Assembly: GCA_963813025.1 (NCBI GenBank)
Contig: CAWEXO010000008.1
Location: forward strand, 96,001 to 160,000
Direction of reading: 5' to 3'
DNA from: an uncultured Verrucomicrobiae bacterium
GTDB taxonomy: Bacteria; Verrucomicrobiota; Verrucomicrobiia; Chthoniobacterales; JAFAMB01
Length of the DNA stretch: 64,000 nucleotides
Shown: piece after piece, positions 62,215 through 64,000 of the stretch
Layout: each line of letters starts with the position of its first letter
Numbering within the stretch: position 1 is the stretch's first letter
The notes under the pieces: model-generated
The model's database searches: none
What the model saw: the letters and a program-made list of their open reading frames with translations, nothing else
Told to the model about the DNA's origin: nothing
Position numbers and translations under genes: made by a program

Positions 62215-62597
62215 CGCTTATAGGTGCCAAAGAGCCAGCTCAAAAAACTTCGGTTTGCCGCGACTAGGGCATAACCGATTTCAACGGCCCAGACAAAGGG
62301 CGGCAGCGCAAGGACTCGCGCAAAACCATTCCACCCGACCTGTTCCAGCAGGAAAAGGGTCGCTCTGCCAGCGCGATAGATCTGCCCATCAGCCGCGATC
62401 ACGTGAAGCGCTTTCGCGCAGGCCTCTCGCAGCTCCGGGGTCATCGGAGGTGAGGGCGCCTCCTGATAGGGGACGAACCGGAATATCCGATGAAAATCGC
62501 GCCGTCGGAACCACGCCACCGCGTGCCCGCAAAAATGGCAGTCGCCATCCCACAAGACGAGATGCTCCGGACCGGACCAAGACTGGCTCTGAGTCAT
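62211..62597 (-). CDS. DCC1-like thiol-disulfide oxidoreductase (DUF393); frame is open to 62774
   Basis: LVLWDGDCHFC, FVPYQ and GYALVAANR. Confidence 0.85.
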   Translation of the reverse strand: MTQSQSWSGPEHLVLWDGDCHFCGHAVAWFRRRDFHRIFRFVPYQEAPSPPMTPELREACAKALHVIAADGQIYRAGRATLFLLEQVGWNGFARVLALPPFVWAVEIGYALVAANRSFLSWLFGTYKR

Positions 62598-62799
62598 AAG
62601 GATCCCAGGTACCTTCTCATATTCCACGCTGATGTCGCCGGGAACGCGGTCTTTGCTGAAGGTTTCCAACGTTCGGATCGGGCGGGAAGATCCCGCCAAT
62701 TCAATGCGTGTCTTGTCCAGATCGGCCGCGCGCTCGAGCCAAAGGGACGTTCTGTCCTGATTCTGGCGGCTCATTCGTCATACCAAAGAAAGATTAATC

Positions 62800-63534
62800 A
62801 TGATGACAACCAACTTAGAAAATCCGAGAATTGTGTCCCGAGACGAATGGCTTGCGGCTCGTACAGAGTTACTTGCCAAGGAAAAGCAATTGACGCGTCA
62901 GCGCGACGCGCTCAATGCCGAGCGCCGCAAGCTGCCTTGGGTAAAGGTCGAGAAGAATTACGCGTTTGAGGGAGTCAACGGCAAGGAAACGCTCGCCAGC
63001 CTCTTCGCGGGAAGAAGCCAGCTCGTTGTGTATCATTTCATGTTCGGTCCGGACTGGGCCGCCGGCTGTCCCGGCTGCTCCTTTCTGGTCGATCATATCG
63101 ACGGGGCCCTGCCGCACCTGCAACATCATGACGTCACGCTGGTCGTGGTATCGCACGCCCCGCTCGCCAAGATCGAGGCTTACAAGGCACGCATGGGTTG
63201 GCGGTTCCCCTGGGTGTCGGCTTTCGGCAGCGACTTCAACTATGACTATCATGTCTCCTTTACCAAGGACGAACTAGCGTCCGGCAAGGTCTTCTACAAT
63301 TTCCGAGAAACCGACTCCGCCGACGCGAACGACGAGCTGCCGGGTCTCAGCGCCTTCTATAAGAATGAGGCCGGCACCGTCTTTTATACCTATTCCACCT
63401 ATGCCCGCGGCGCCGAGGAGTTGATCGGCACTCTGATGATGCTCGATCGCGCGCCGAAGGGACGCAATGAGACAACGACCATGGATTTCGTCCGCCGCCA
63501 TGACGAATACGAAGAACCTGCCAAAGACGCATAG
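62800..63534 (+). CDS. DUF899-family thioredoxin-like protein
   Basis: VSRDEWLAARTELLAKEK, RRKLPWV, LFAGRSQLVVYHFMFGP, CPGCS, YSTYARG and LDRAPKGRNE. Confidence 0.93.
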   Translation: MMTTNLENPRIVSRDEWLAARTELLAKEKQLTRQRDALNAERRKLPWVKVEKNYAFEGVNGKETLASLFAGRSQLVVYHFMFGPDWAAGCPGCSFLVDHIDGALPHLQHHDVTLVVVSHAPLAKIEAYKARMGWRFPWVSAFGSDFNYDYHVSFTKDELASGKVFYNFRETDSADANDELPGLSAFYKNEAGTVFYTYSTYARGAEELIGTLMMLDRAPKGRNETTTMDFVRRHDEYEEPAKDA

Positions 63535-63726
63535 CTGTTGCCTGGGACGTAGGGCGCGACTGCCTGGTGCGTCAGCTCCCCGATACGGACCTGGCCGGGG
63601 TCGGTCGGACTTCCAAGTAGCGGCTGCATCCCGGCGGTTCAAAAAGGCGACAAGCTGGAAGCTTATTTGTGTGCACGGTTAATTGGGGACAGATCACGCT
63701 TGTAAAACGCGGACGGGGACCCGGTC

Positions 63727-64000
63727 TGTCGGACTTTGGGCAATCTGTAGCGCGCGCAATCGAGCTACGGTTTGGAAGAGAGGGTCGAGGGATGTCTCAA
63801 GGCGTGTTTGGTCCTGTGGCGGTAGGGCGATCCGCCTTGGCGGACGAGCGCCAGGCGAGAGCTTGTTTGACGTGTCCGCCATATCCTTGGCGAAGGCGGA
63901 GTCATCCTGGAGCGGGTGGCTCATCCAAGCGTCCGGCTCAAATAAATTTTCGTATAGCAAGTCCGGAGTTATTCAGCAAGCTGTGGTCGGAGGCCCTACC
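63727..64000. repeat. Nested palindromic element, copy B (inverted relative to copy A, cut by the window edge)
   Basis: Shares tgtcggacttt.g.caatctgtagc, gcgcaatcgagct, gtcctg.g.cggtagggcga, gcgaga.cttgtttga and ctggagcgggtggctca.ccaag.gtccggctcaaa with the reverse complement of 30120..30413. Confidence 0.85.

Noticed and set aside
9927..63534. Additional Sec in the thioredoxin-like proteins (DUF1223, DCC1, DUF899)
   Set aside because: All have ordinary CxxC codons, and their stops fall at the expected protein ends.
1..64000. CRISPR array, rRNA, intact transposase/integrase or prophage
   Set aside because: I saw no regularly spaced repeat-spacer units, rRNA-like tracts or full-length mobile-element genes.

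Overview
A GC-rich bacterial chromosomal segment. Gene style suggests soil Verrucomicrobiota (Chthoniobacterales-like); this is inference only. It holds about 50 CDSs, mostly housekeeping, transport and regulatory genes: tal, hisBHA, rho, typA, prc, mazG, sufSU, tag, larC, emrAB-tetR, vapBC and a KinB/AlgB-like two-component pair. Main observations: (1) A complete selenocysteine system: selA and selB, plus a selC-selD unit in which SelD is itself a UGA-encoded selenoprotein missed by the ORF track. The tRNA-Sec reads as a bulged 7/5 (12-bp) type, and a divergent Sec-formate dehydrogenase/Fe-S/NrfD operon carries a clear SECIS. (2) A unit with a putative sigma-54 promoter, an APC permease with a large inserted loop, and a PP2C-phosphatase/Ser-Thr-kinase fusion, divergent from an outer-membrane porin. 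(3) A TerB-like/FHA-like/ABC single-chain exporter. (4) Many non-coding repeats: a ~300-bp nested palindromic element family, a ~95-bp MITE-like element in two copies, GTAG-REPs beside a dead RAYT transposase relic, long inverted repeats and post-stop-codon 7-9-mer arrays. At least nine single-base indels break conserved genes (rho, prc, hpnO-like, fucose-isomerase-like, fdh). These are most likely long-read assembly errors, so any single-base oddity here needs caution. No CRISPR array or rRNA was seen.
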